Assembly: GCA_051294375.1 (NCBI GenBank)
Contig: JBJCIZ010000009.1
Location: forward strand, 24,701-88,700
Source: Paraspadella gotoi
Lineage: Eukaryota > Animalia > Chaetognatha
DNA: 64,000 nucleotides
Direction of reading: 5' to 3'
Below the pieces are notes generated by a model that had not been told where the DNA came from, did not search any database, and saw only the letters and a program-made list of their open reading frames with translations. Below, piece by piece: positions 44,931 through 58,177 of the stretch; the first letter of the stretch is position 1, and each line of letters begins with the position of its first letter. The translations under genes were made by a program, and so were the position numbers.

Positions 44931-45337
44931 ATGCGTAGTAAAAAGTTTAAATTTAACTTAAATCAAAATTCTAAAAGTGAGGAATGAACAACGTTGTAGT
45001 AATAAATAACTTTTACTTATAAAAAAAGTTATCATAATTTTTGCCACTTACGCATTAAGCAATATTTATATATAGTACTAACCCTATAAATTTTAAAATT
45101 GCCAAATGGTTTTTATCACATTTTTTTACAGATTTGGATTCGTTATATAAAGTTGATAAAAAGAAATATAAATCTTTTTTAAAAGTTGGTCAAAAATTAG
45201 AAAAACCTATATTTTAAGCTGAAAATTAAATTTTTGTATATTAAATATAGTTGTTTTAAATTTTTAACCTTCTTAATGAAAGAATTTTTTAAAATTAGTT
45301 ATTTTTTTTATCAACTTTTGACGAGGAATTCAAATCC
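44929..45337 (+). mobile_element. Truncated sister copy of the hAT MITE at 14637
   Basis: Starts taatgcgtagtaaaa and is collinear with 14637-15285 apart from the palindrome. Truncated at gaggaattcaaatc by repeat A. Confidence 0.8.
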
Positions 45338-46950
45338 ACCTCATCCATCCGTTCCCAAGGTTCTCGCATTCAGCTGCGAAATACAAAAATACACTACGCG
45401 ACCAAAGAAAACTTGTCAGCAAGTTTCGTTCACTCTTCCGTCAGGACCCCTTCCTGCAAGTGCTGACGTCTCAATGAATCCTCGCAAATACCTGATTTGT
45501 CACAGTGGGTAATGGTGAAATTTCTACACGCAGCACGCCCTCTACAAATACGATGCATGCAGCCAGAGAGAAGGCGTACAGAAACTTTGGTCAAACGAAC
45601 ACAATAAATTTCGTCCAAACGTGGCTCGTGGTTGAAAATTTTTAGTTTCAATAATTTCTGTCTTGCAACAAATTTTATTATTTACTGTGTTATTTACTTT
45701 ACTATTGAGGGCATTAATTAAATGCCAATTTGTTTATTTACAATTTACATAAAAATTCTGTGCAAACCGTTTAAAGCACAAATTTTAAAGTTTACTACTG
45801 ACGAGTGTGATTGGAATCACATGATAATCATAATTTTTACCTCTCTTCTCGTACAACATATACAAAATTTTTTTAAATTTAATTATAATTTTTTCTCTCG
45901 CAGAACATGCAAAGATTTTTATAGTTCATATGACAAGTGTGAAACTTCTCATGCTATTAAAAAGTTTTACTCCTTTCAAAAGTTTTTTGCCTAAACTGTC
46001 TCTAATGATGCTGTAGATAATGAATAAAACACATTGAATTTATTGATATAATAATTAAAATTGAGTTGGTGTGAAAGTGAGAAAAAGTTGTTAGGTTGCC
46101 ATGGTAACAAAAATTTTATTCGCATCTAAATTACATGATTCATGTTGAGTGTTCATTACGGATAATAAGTTTGAGTATCCTTTCGTCAAAATGGCGTCAA
46201 TAGTGCGAACCTACGCTGGATTAAAACCTAATAAAATTGCCTCATTATATTCCGGCCAAAAGAGTGCATTCAATACAAACATTTGCTGAATATTCTATCA
46301 CCTTCTGAATTCCGATGTATCTCGTGAGTCACCGTGATTCGTCATCCTATTCTTTCATCGGCTGTGAAAATCTGCTCAGCTTGATCTGGTCCAGTAAAGC
46401 CAAGAACCGTTACGGAAAAGACTCAATTCACGAAGAAACCTTGTAATAGCTAGATATTTATAAAAAATCCTAACTAGAGTAGCAAGACGATTGTTCCTAC
46501 TGTTTCAATTTTTACTATTTGAGAGATTTTTCTGGGGACTTTTCTCTAAATAGATATTCGAAGGGTCGATGGTGGGTGGGTGTGCCGAAAATCTGCCGAT
46601 AACCTCTCAATTATAACTATTGAGTAATTACATTGTTTCAACTCTTCATTCCTATTACGTCATCGGTTCCGGTCTAAAACTCCTCTCCTCCTCCTCTTCC
46701 TCGAATCTCTGCTCTCCTTTTCGCATTCCGTAAACTCACGACCACGATCAGTTGAAATCTCTTTCTCCAAATAATTATTTTATTCTCTAAAATATGTTTG
46801 ACGATATTTGGTTACCATGAAGATCTGAAGCCGAAACTAGTACGTGTAATTAGCAAGTTAACAGTTTATTGTTGCTTATTAATTATAATTAGCTTAGCAA
46901 TTTAATATAAATTGTTAGAGAGCCAGTTATATTTGTAACCCGTTTTTTTC
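45338..46950 (+). repeat. Repeat A, copy 1 (1.6 kb)
   Basis: Collinear with 59552-60810. Reverse complement of 50261-51350 and of 61771-62141. Confidence 0.9.
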
Positions 46951-48084
46951 CTCAGGCTTTTCAACTCTGTAGTCCACTCCGTTGTCCGCTCAATTGTCTA
47001 CTCGTTAGTTAATAATGGACGTGATGAAGCTGATCGGCGATTTTCTTCTTTCTTTCAATTCGTACATTATTTAGCACCGAAATTTGTTACTAACAAACGT
47101 ATGAAAATTATGAACAACGTACCACCAGTGAAAATTAATTTATTAAGAAAAAAATTTTTATTTTTAATTTTTCGCATTAAGCTATATTTATATATAGTAC
47201 TATCCCTTAAGTAGGGCTGCGCATCGTTTCGAATCGAAGTTCCGATCAAGATTCCTTTATATTTCACTTCTATTCAAAACTGCATAGTCAAGGCCCATAT
47301 AATTTATATAAAATATGGGTAGATTTCGAAGCTTGGCGTCTTGGGAAGCCAACGGAGGTAGAGCGCGATCGAAATACCCATTTTATCATGCCCAAAAATG
47401 GTATTTAAATGAAACTGGTCAGACCGTTTTTTCCCTTTTCCCAAAAACCTGCTGATCTTTTGTAAAATAGAACATCATACATATCAGTACGGTTTCGGAT
47501 AGCTTATGTCTTCTCTACTAGATAAAAAAAGAAAGTTTAAATTCTTGCAATCTTGGAATGCTTGATAAAGCATCAAATGAACTTGTTTTTTAGGGTGAAA
47601 ACTGCATAGTCAAGCCTGTCAATTTTTTTTTGTTCTAAGACCTATCGAAAGAAACTGTATTGTTTTTCTATCTGTTTCAGGTAGAGCGCAGGGGTAAATT
47701 TAGAGAGTTTATATTAATTTAGAGAAATCAGAAAGGATATCAAGTTTTTGCACGCTAAAAGCTTTTTTAAGCGCGTTCCGGTCTGTATTGAAAATGGTTG
47801 ACGTAGGTTTTATCCAATAGGACATCAATTAAAATAAGCATTGATCATGCGCGATCCGGGCCAGATAAAATACCATATTTCAACATGCTTTACCATATTT
47901 TTCGTTTTAGAACGCAGTCTGTATGAAATGTTTTGGAATTTCACGCCTGTGATATTGGCGTTCTAGGGTCGTTGTCCCTGTTAGTCTCATTTCTTATCTC
48001 TTGAAGAGACATTATTATTGTTATGTGATAGTGACAAAACCGTTCAATAAATCTTAAAAAGCAATAGGGATCGACCTACTTTTA

Positions 48085-48278
48085 ATGATAACCAAATATT
48101 GATGCGATGATAACCAAATATTGATGCGAAGAAAACCGAAGATTAATGCGATGATAACCAAATGATGGATGCGATGATAGTCATTCATTGATGCGATGAT
48201 AATCATTCATTGATGCGATGATAGTCCTTCATGATCGGATAATAATCATTCATTGAGCGATGATAGTCATTCATTGAC
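48085..48278 (+). repeat. 22-bp minisatellite gatgata(accaaat/gtcattc)attgatgc
   Basis: About 8-9 tandem units directly visible. Confidence 0.85.
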
Positions 48279-48289
48279 GTGACGTGACT

Positions 48290-49246
48290 TTGAAAAGTAT
48301 GCATATTTTAAAAAAGTATGGCATACTTCAAAAAAGTATGCATACTTGAAAAATGTTAAAAATTAAAAAAGTTTACAATACTTTTTTCAAAGTATGCATC
48401 CTTTTTTTGAAGTATGCATACTTTTTTTAAAAATATGCATATCTTTTTTCAAAGTATGCATACTTTTTTTCAAAGTATGCATACTTTTTTCAAAGTATGC
48501 ATACTTTTTTGAAGTATGCATACTTTTTAAAATATGCATACTTTTTTTTAAGTATGCATACTTTTTCAAAGTATGCATACTTTTTTGAAGTATGCATACT
48601 TTTTAAAATATGCATACTTTTTTAAAATATGCATACTTTTTTTAAAGTATGCATACTTTTTTCAAAGTATGCATACTTTTTTGAAGTATGCATACTTTTT
48701 CAAATATGCATACCTTTTTTCAAATATGCATACTTTTTTCAAAAGTATGCATACTTTTTCAAAGTATGCATACTTTTTTCAAAGTTTGCATAATTTTTCA
48801 AAGTATGCATACTTTTTTGAAGTATGCATACTTTTTTTAAAAATATGTATACTTTTTCAAAGTATGCATACTTTTTCAAGTATGCATACTTTTTTGAAGT
48901 ATGCATACTTTTTTGAAGTATGCATACTTTTGAAGTATGCGATACTTTTTTTAATATGCATACTTTTTTTAAAAAGTATGCATACTTTTTTCAAAGTATG
49001 CATACTTTTTGAAGTATGCATACTTTTTTAAAATATGCATACTTTTTTCAGAGTATGCATACTTTTTTGAAGTATGCATATTTTTTTAAAATATGCATAC
49101 TTTTCAAGTATGCATACTTTTTTCAACTTGCATACTTTTTTCAACTTGCATCTTTTTTTAACTTGCATACTTTTTTCAACTTGCATATCTTTTTCAACTT
49201 GGATATCTTTTTCAACTTGCATATCTTTTTCACTTGCATACCTTTT
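48290..49246. repeat. ~21-bp minisatellite built on the palindrome aagtatgcatactt
   Basis: About 40 units. Orientation switches near 48350-48380, and the unit drifts to caacttgcata at the right end. Confidence 0.95.
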
Positions 49247-50018
49247 TAACTGATTACCGCTAATTATCTTAGTCAAATCCGACATTGTTTGCTCCAAACT
49301 TGTTCATAATAAAATAAGGCGGATTCAGATATGACAAATTTTAGATATTAAACTATCGTCATCATCATTAGTTTTATTAATTTTATCATTGCATCAATTT
49401 ACTTACCATTATCAATCATTATCTTTTAATTATAGTTTTATTGCTATCATATTAAAATCTGTTATCATAAATTAAAATGATTCAAAAATGAAAAATTAAT
49501 CGTGAAGTGACGATAGTGAATTCTTAATCTTGAATTAACGGATATTAAATTGAGGTCAATATACTGTTCAATTTATTACTTCTTGGCTCTCTTGTCTTTT
49601 CCCTTTTTATTCTGTTATAATTATGTTATTTTGTGATTAATTTTGTAAGGATTCCTTTTTTTCCGGGCTCCTTCTATTCTATTTTCTCTTATGAGGCCCG
49701 GTTCACGCATAATCGCTATTATCGGTTTAAAGCTTTAGTACTACAGTAGTTCAAATCCTTATTGGATCAAACGAGTTCGATTTTAAGCGAAGTTGATCGA
49801 TTGAAGCGCGATTTTTCCTACTGTTTTAGTTGCCATATTTTGAACAGATTATCCGATTTTTTATGAAATTTTGCATATAGATAGTATTTTAAATCCTATC
49901 GATCGGACCAATTTATTAAAAATACTCAATAGTTAGAAAACGATGCACATCCCCACCTTAAGAATCCTTCTTAATTTGATGAAGATTTGCACNNNNNNNN
50001 NNNNNNNNNNNNNNNNNT

Positions 50019-51404
50019 TGAGAGTCAGCACTGCAGGAAGGGGTCCTGACGGAAGAGGAACGAAACTTGCTGACAAGTTTTTCTTTGGTCGCGTAGTGTA
50101 ATTTTTGTATTTCGCAGCTGAATGCGAAATGGGAACGGATGGATGAGGTGAAAGAGACAACGGAAGCAATGGAGTTTTAGGTGGATGATGGTAATCTTTG
50201 GATGATACTGATTCTTGCACTACGCCTTTGAGTTGGTCGCCGCGGAGCTTNNNNNNNNNNGTGAATTGAGTCTTTTCCGTAACGGTTCTTGGCTTTACTG
50301 GACCAGATCAATGCTTGAGCAGATTTTCACAAGCCGATGAAAGAATAGGATGACGAATCACGTGACTCACAAGATACATCGGAATTCAGAAGGTGAAGAA
50401 TATTTCAGCAAATGTTTGTATTGAATGCGACTCTTTGGCCGGAATATAATGAGGCAATTTTATTTAGGTTTTAATCAGACGTGGTTCGCACTATTGACGC
50501 TATTTGACGAAAGGATACTCAAACTTATTGATCCGTAATGAACACTCAACATGAATCATGTAATTTAAATGCGAATAAAATTTTTGTTACCATGGCAACC
50601 TAACAACTTTTTTCTCACTTTCACACCAACTCAATTTTAATTATTATATCAATAAATTCAATGTGTTTTATTCATTATCTACAGCAGTCATTAGAGACAG
50701 TTTAGGCAAAAAAATTTTGAAAGGAGTAAAACTTTTTAATAGCTATAGAAAGTTTCACATTTGTCATATGAACTATAAAAATCTTTGCATGTTCTGCGAG
50801 AGAAAAAAATTATAATTAAATTTAAAAAAATTTTGTAACTGTTGTACGAGAAGAGAGTAAAATTATGATTATCATGTGATTCCAATCACACTCGTCAGTA
50901 GAAACTTTAAAATTTGTGCTTTAAACGGTTGCACAGAATTTTTCATGTAAATTGTAATAAACAAATTGGCATTTAATTAATGCCTCAATAGTAAAGTAAA
51001 TAACACAGTAAATAATAAAATTTGTTGCAAGAAAGAAATTATGAAACTAAAATTTTCAACCACGAGGCACGTTTGGACGAAATTTATTGTGTTCGTTTTG
51101 ACCAAAGTTTCTGAACGCCTTCTCTCTGGCTGCATGCATCGTATTTGTAGAGGGCGTGCTGCGTGTAGAAATTTCACCATACCCACTGGACAAATCAGGA
51201 TTTGGCGAGGATTCATTGAGAGTCAGCACTGCAGGAAGGGGTCCTGACGGAAGAGAACGAAACTTGCTGACAAGTTTTTCTTTGGTCGCGTAGTGTAATT
51301 TTTGTATTTCGCGGCTGAATGCGAAATGGGAACGGATGGATGAGGTGAAAGAGACAACGGAAGCAATGGAGTTTTAGGTGGATGATGGTAATCCTTCGGA
51401 TGAT
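50019..51404 (-). repeat. Repeat A, inverted copies (fragment 50019-50250; main copy 50261-51404, continuing at 52792-52840)
   Basis: Reverse complement of 59469-60623, bounded by N gaps. Confidence 0.9.
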
Positions 51405-52791
51405 TAGGAAGCCGCTATAAAAAAAGAAGCCAGTGACTTTTTTCTTATATTTTATATCGATAGAATGTGAATGACGGGAATATTGTAAATCTCAAGTTTT
51501 CGCTTTTAATCGAACCTCACATTGTGGAGAAATCTTAGGAAACCCATCAAAATTCCACCCCTTTTTTCAACATTCTCGCCTTTAAGATTTTCGCCGATTC
51601 TGACTTTCTCTTACAAAACTTATAATTCCGCTAGTTAATTTTTTTTCTTAAACGAGCGAAGGGAATCTACAACTTTCTGTTATTTTATGATTTCTGGGTA
51701 AAAAATATAATAAATTACATTAACATTAGGATATTATGAAAGTGTAATATCTTTGAAGCCTGTGAGAGTTAAATAATTAACAAATTTGCTATTTTATTAT
51801 TGAAAAATAACATCAAAGTGAAGAAGAAGTTGAATGGCTTCCGGCTCTTTCAGTAAACATCCTGTTCTCTTCAATAAGATAATGTTTATTTTTGCTGGTG
51901 GAAAAGAAGGATAAATACTTAGGCTGTGATGGGGTAAATAATATTTTGTAGAATTTTGTAAGCATGCTTGTAAAATCAGACAAGCAAATATTTAAGTGAC
52001 AAAAAATTCACATTTCTTTATTCAAAAACTTTAAAGTTACTAGAGTACAATTTAGCCTTTTTTCTTTCAGAATCATTAAAAAGAATTAAATTTTCATTTA
52101 TTTCTTATGGGGTGTCATTAGTTTTAAAATTCATTACAATTTTGACTTAGTTTGACACTCACCCTGTAAGGAGGTTCAGCATAAGAAATTCTAAAATTGT
52201 ATCTTGTATGTGCTCTATGATTATGGCTTCATTTTTGGTACTATTGCCATCCCTTTATCTTTATTCCTTCAAAAGATATTAGGAAAAATCAGTTTTTTTT
52301 CTCAACCTTCCTTTAATTTCTTTTTAAATAAAAATTTCGCGATTCAAACTGGACTATTTCATTTAAACCTGATCATTTTATGTCAAAATCATTATAAAAT
52401 GAAAAAAGAAAAATAGGACAAGCTCTTCAGACACAAAGCTATCAGAATCGCGAAATTCGAAGTCGATCATGTAACAGGAACATATAGCAATCCCGTTTGC
52501 AATTTTAAGTTTGTAAACTTTCCCTTCATTTTTATAGTAAAAATGAGGTTTGAAAATTCTTCGGAGATGAGTAGTGCATTTCCCCTGGCTTGTTTGATAT
52601 TAAATCCTTTATCAATGCCATAAAATGAATAGGACAAGCTCTTCAGATGTAACGCTCTCGGAATCGTTGATTTTTACAAGTGTTTTTAACCGAATTTCTG
52701 GCAAACGCGTTTGCAATTTGGTAGTCAGATTTGAACGGAATTCTCTATTAGAAAAAATGTTGAATTTTTTTTTAAGCGAGATTCTCGTCTA
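51405..52791 (+). mobile_element. Element B, copy 2: 1.39-kb non-autonomous insertion with TAG...CTA ends and 7-bp duplication ggatgat
   Basis: ggatgat at 51398-51404 and 52792-52798. The empty site is visible at about 50190 and 59495. Confidence 0.8.
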
Positions 52792-52811
52792 GGATGATAC
52801 TGTTCTCTGCA

Positions 52812-54236
52812 CTACGCCTTTGAGTTGGTCGCCGCGGAGCTTTTCTTCTTCCAATTTCTTTTCCAATTCTTCAACTTCTTCTTATGCTTTAAAATTAAAG
52901 AATTCTTTTTGTATTCAGCTTCACGCATAAGTCTGAGTTTATCCTTTTCTATTTTCTTACGAAATTCATCCTCTTTTTCCTTTAGTTCTTTCTTCAATCT
53001 TTCATTTTCCCACTTAAAGTAGTCGCGCTGCTCTCGTACTGCCAACTTCCTGTGGGCTCTATTCTCTGAGGATAGGTTGAAAGAATTTGCTTGAAAGGGG
53101 ATTTGGTTGTTTGCAGAGTGGGCGATTAAAGGGTCGTTGACTGACTGGTCTTGGAGCAAATGGGTGAACAGTAGGTGGACATTGGAATTGCGCAGCAGGG
53201 TAAAGAGGAAAATGTGCAGCAGGTGAGCATCCAAAGCCACGAACTGCTGCGGATGGGCGGGCCGTCTCGATCTTTGTTCGGTGTTTTTTTCTTCCAACCG
53301 AATCTTACGAGAAGAAATGATCAAATCGTCGGGACTCATGTATCGCTGCCAGCACTGCGACCTTTTCCACCCACGATAAACAGCGCGTGCAGTCTTTTTT
53401 TCTGCTGCTGTCAGTTTTCGGTTTACGTCAAAGTATTTTTCGTTAGAAGTGCCTTCAATTATGGGGCATCCGGATTATTCCATGCCGCTTTGAACGGAAA
53501 CTGGAATTTACTGGCAGTCGGTTGAATACTTTTGGTGGCAGGTTCTGACAAGCTAGAAGATTCAATTTCCTGTTCGGGATCACTGTCCGAGGCAAGTTCC
53601 ATCATGTCAGGCATGGAAGAGGCTTCATCCGGATTCTCTTCAGCTTGTGTCTCAGATGGTGACGATTCAGCCGTGTCGGGTAAGGTGTGTGAGGATTTGA
53701 CCGCGTCGGGTGAAGAATTTACCGCGTCGGGTGAGGTGTGTGAAGAACTTTCCGCATCGAGCGAGGTTTTTACGGGCACGACCTAAATGATTTTTACCAT
53801 TTAGTATTTAGATTTTATTTTCTTGATGTGTGAGATTAGTAATATGGGAGAGGGAAATACATGTAAGGAAAAAGGGAAAGCAGCAACATTCTTAATGCAT
53901 TTATCTGATCGTGAGTTCTTACCTCGATACTAACAAGGTTTTCACTTGGGTTTGAAGCTTCTAATGGTCTCTCGTTGTGGGAGGTGAGGACGTGAGTGTT
54001 GAGAAACGCAAAGTCAAAAAAGTCGGAGTCCGGTGAGATCGCATGAGGGAAGTCAAACTGAGAAAGTAAGTCGTTAAATTAATCATTATGGAATTGTGAG
54101 GGGAAGAGATTAATTGTACCTTGAGAATCTCACTCATCAGATCTTCATTTGAAGGGTTCAAGATGGCTTCAACAGTTGCTCGTCGAGATCTAACCAACAA
54201 ATCGACAGTTTCAACGGATTCTTCAGGTGACGCCAT
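52812..54236 (-). pseudogene. Three-exon gene for an unknown protein (acidic Ser-rich linker, conserved NPxxPxIxGTSN domain, coiled coil), with a frameshift
   Basis: Exons 54236-54120 (39 codons), 54057-53923 (45 codons) and 53782 onward, with GT-AG introns of 62 and 140 nt, all phase 0 and in frame. A 1-nt frameshift in the G-run at 53463-53466 links to ORF 52812-53339. Confidence 0.75.
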
Positions 54237-55220
54237 AGTTGGAAAAGTTTAAAAATGTATTTAATTTTAAATATCCGGGAATGTGTCTGAAAGTGAAAGC
54301 AACATTTTTGTGTGAATTCTTTCAACATGAATAAGCGGAGCAAGTTTTTTCTGTTCAGTGAAAGTCGAATGAAATTTGGTTAAAAAATGAACTAGAGAAC
54401 ACTAAATACACAAAGTTTTGTTTTCAGAACAAAAATACGGAATTATTAATTATTTTTCATTAGCTGGGTTGGGTGAACGGCAATCATGGGGCGAAAAAAA
54501 GCAGTCAGGTCAGCATCATCAAATTGGCCTGCTTCAGTGCGGGCCGCCGGAAGCGTCACCGATCCCGAATTTAGTCACCGTGACGAAGGTGGGCAGTAGA
54601 AACGAGTCCTTCCACGTCCAGGGAAGAGAGGATTCGGACGAAATCACAAACGATTTCACCGATGATTTTGTAATCATTTTAAAAATATCGATTGTTTTGA
54701 TTTTAGAGTTCATCGTGAGCTGAGGCGATCTCTAACGGAAGGAAGACGAAGGGGGGGATTCCCGGCCGCGGTCCACGGTCCTTGAACGGGTCGGAACTCT
54801 TCAGTTTGTTCCTTTCTCCTTTGCGTCAGATGGTCACGGAGATCTTCTTGGCCTTCTTTCTCCTTGGCGGCGTCGACCTCTCTCCGGATTCGTCGTTACT
54901 CAGCGCCGATGATTTCCGAAATGTCGTTCTCCATCTCTCTGGGTAGCGGATTATGGATATTTTTTAACCTTTTTATTTTAGGTTTTTCTTACGGGTTCAT
55001 TGGCGGGGTTTGGCGAAGAGAAAGACAACATTGGTTGAGAGCACGTCGCTGCTGCTCGAAATCTTGCGCGAAGTGTCGCTTTTTCAAGTTCTTTTTCAGT
55101 GAGGTCCATCTTTATTATTTATCTAACTGTACCTGGTCAATTTAAAAACAAACCAAAAAAAAAACTGTGAATCACACACGAGTTTATCGCACCACTTCAG
55201 TCTATGAGTCGATATTATTT

Positions 55221-55969
55221 TTAATTTTTGTTTTTCTTGAAATGGACGATCCTTGCGCCACTGCCTTGAGCGGGCCTGGTATTTTCAGCATTGGGTGCCG
55301 GCCTCTTATAGTATTCGCGTAGGGGGCGTCCCGTAGAGAGGGTCCCCAGGAACTTCCTCATCCTCTCTTTGTTCTCCTCTGCGGCGTCCTCTTCCCACCC
55401 CGCGTCGTCGTCATAATACTCCAATTTTTGTTGGGCAGGTAAGTATTATTTGATGGTTTTATTATTATTATCTCTTTTAGGTTTTCGTGGATTTACTTAC
55501 TTTCGCCATCTTGTATTCGGGAATGAGCAAGAGATAGTTTTCGAAATGTAACTGGATATCGACTGAACGTGAAGGAGGGACAAATACGAACGAATTATTT
55601 TGAGAAGACAATAATGAATAAATGTCAATGAACGAAACTAAGAAAATGGTAAGTGAAGTAGGGTTAAAAGGAACGTTCCTGACATTTTGAATCTTTGGCA
55701 ATTTCCATTTGAGTTATTTTTGAAAGGATAGCGCGATCTCTTTTTCCTCTCGCTATTTTCCTCGTTTTCTCGCGAGCTTTCTCGAGAACGCGACTTTCCT
55801 TCTCCTTTAGAAGTTCGTTCCTCATCTCCGCCAATCTTCTCTTCCAGGACTTTATCCTCGTCTTCCTTTTTTCCTCGCGTTTGCGATCGCGAGCGATCTC
55901 GCGCGCTTTTCCCGCGGCCCACTTCTTCCGAAACTCGACGAGGCATTCTTCGGATGTCGACTTCGTCAA
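55221..55969 (-). CDS. Possible coding fragments of a charged helical protein
   Basis: ORFs 55664-55969 (K/E/R-rich helix) and 55221-55424 look protein-like, but their exon structure is unresolved. Confidence 0.3.
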
Positions 55970-56229
55970 TGTGATCGGATCATCGTCAGATTCGGATGAT
56001 GAAGTCTCGTGGTGCCACTTGGAGACTTCGATGATTTCGATTATATCATCGTCGAGGAACTGTTCAGATAAGTATTTAATTATGATAATTTTGAGTTGAT
56101 TTGGTTTGACTTTTTCTTTTTCTTTCTAGGTTACCTCCGGATTGGATGACGACGAGCTAGTCGGTACAGGGTGACAATATTCGCTTCATGACCATCTAGC
56201 CCAAAGGAGAAGGCAACAAGCTGAAGAAT

Positions 56230-57240
56230 TTTGACCCGTCCAAGGACCAGTACGTAATTCGTAAACCTAAAAAGAAAAAGTTATAAAAATAATCAAAAAG
56301 AAATTTAATATTTACCTAGTGGACAGCCGCCGGAAATCCACCAATTCGCCTTCCATCGGTGAAAGATCGCCTTGGAGATCGATGAACTCTGAAACATTAA
56401 AAACGATGATAAAAATCAGTGTTGAAATTCACACCTTCTTTTCTATATACATGATTTGATTTTAGTTTAAGCCTTAATAACCAAACTCACTTCGTGACCA
56501 CCACCGAAAATGGACCGAAAACGAGTCGTGATTATACAAAATCAGCGACCGGTTCAAGGAACGCCTCCACCGCCTCCCCCACCACCCAGCGAAGCATCCA
56601 GCCCAGTCTTTTTCGTACATACCTAAAAATAAAATTATAATATATACTCACCTGATACTTACCGCCGTCGTCGTCGCCGTCGTCGAATCCCTCGTCGCCG
56701 CCGCACCTAAAAAGAAAAATTAAAAATTAAAAATTAACAATCCTTCCACTCACCCCCCTCACCCCACTCTTACAGAGGATTCAGATGGAACCCAACTCGT
56801 CTGCAACACAACCCCAACCCATCTCGACCACCTTCCTATCTGACCGCGCATTCTTACGGAAAATTTGGAGTCGCTCGTCTTGAAAACCCAAGAGAAAATT
56901 AGCGTCACCTAAAAAATCGACAACATTAAAAACACTTATGGATGATGAAGAAACCCAATAGACCGAGACTATTGGAAACTAAATTGACAAATTCTTCATA
57001 TTAATTTTCGAATCATTGTTTTCCATTGTATAATCATTCAGCATCTCTCATTATATAAATTCGATCACAATGGAAAAACAATCCACTCCATCCCGAAACC
57101 CCTCACTGACTGACCCTCCACATCGCCGGCTGCAAATCGAATTGCTTCCAAATCCTTCGCCATCGCTTCCTGTAATCGCAGTATGAACCAAAAATTATAA
57201 ACAATCATTAAAAATATATAAATGTTAAACAATACTTACA
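56230..57240 (-). other. Chain of mini-exons separated by short canonical GT-AG introns
   Basis: Minus-strand gtaaat/gtgagt/gtaagt donors with T-rich ...ttag/tcag acceptors near 56267-56315, 56388-56490, 56623-56662 and 56706-56752, plus an acceptor near 56909 and a donor near 57239. Confidence 0.5.
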
Positions 57241-58177
57241 GGGAATACAAATGATGAGGCCACCATCACTTTCGCGCCCTAAAAAAGCGCGTTCCCTCAC
57301 GCCTCCACCAGCCGAAGATGACTTTCAAAAGCCGGCTAAAAAGAGCGTCAAAAAGGGACCAAATCCGGGAGATAGGGCACTATTCTTCGCCTTAAAGAAC
57401 GGCTGGAAAGAGGAATTCGAAAGAAGAGGAGATGTTGAGGATCCACGGACCTTGCGGCACAGCCACGTATAAACGACTTCAGAAAAAATAGAAACTGACT
57501 ATTCATGTTTTTATGAAACGTCAAAAAGACGTCTTTTTTTTTATTATCGTCACTTCCATTAAACGGAAAAATATCCGTTTTCCTGGCGCTCTTTTTAGTT
57601 TTCTTTTCTTTTCTTTTCTTTTCTTTTATAGTTTATTACTAGAAAAATCTCTATCCTTCAAGCTTCCACTTCCATTAAACTCGAATCCACCAAGAAAACT
57701 TACCTTTTTAGAAGAACAATCCAACGCCGCCGTCTCGCCCAAGAGCAGAGCTGCAGCCGCTTCCAGAGCAGCCCATTTCGACCATAGCGGATATATCCAT
57801 GATGCGTGTTCCACCGCGCCCACGTCTCCAAGGACGTGAAGGTCCAGGGCCCCCGCTCCCCCCAACCCCTCCACCCCACCCCTTCAAACACCTCATCTCC
57901 AATGCCCCCCAATCGCCTACTTCCCTCCACCAGCAGACAACGACGACGAAGACAACGACTACGGGCCGGCGCCTAACAAATACCGCTTTTGGAAACAGGG
58001 TCGCCGCAGATCTTGGCAGCAACAAGCGGACTTTGAACAATCGGAAAGAGAATAGGATGAGAAGAAAGAGGAAATAGACGCCCTCTTCCGGGCAGAAAAT
58101 AACCTCTCTTAATTTTATTGCCGTACGTCGATCGACGTAGAAACTTTTAAGTTTATCGACAGCCGTCGATTTTTTGT

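Larger units (their letters stand above)
47212..49955. mobile_element. Non-autonomous hAT-like element (2.7 kb) carrying minisatellites
   Basis: TIRs tagggctgcgcatcgttt and aaacgatgcacatcccca, flanked by cccttaag and ccttaag (8-bp TSD lacking one c). Inserted in a fragment of the 14637-family MITE. Confidence 0.75.

Noticed and set aside
44105-49246. Regular 21-22 bp arrays as possible CRISPR arrays
   Set aside because: The units are contiguous with no unique spacers, there are no cas genes, and the context is eukaryotic.
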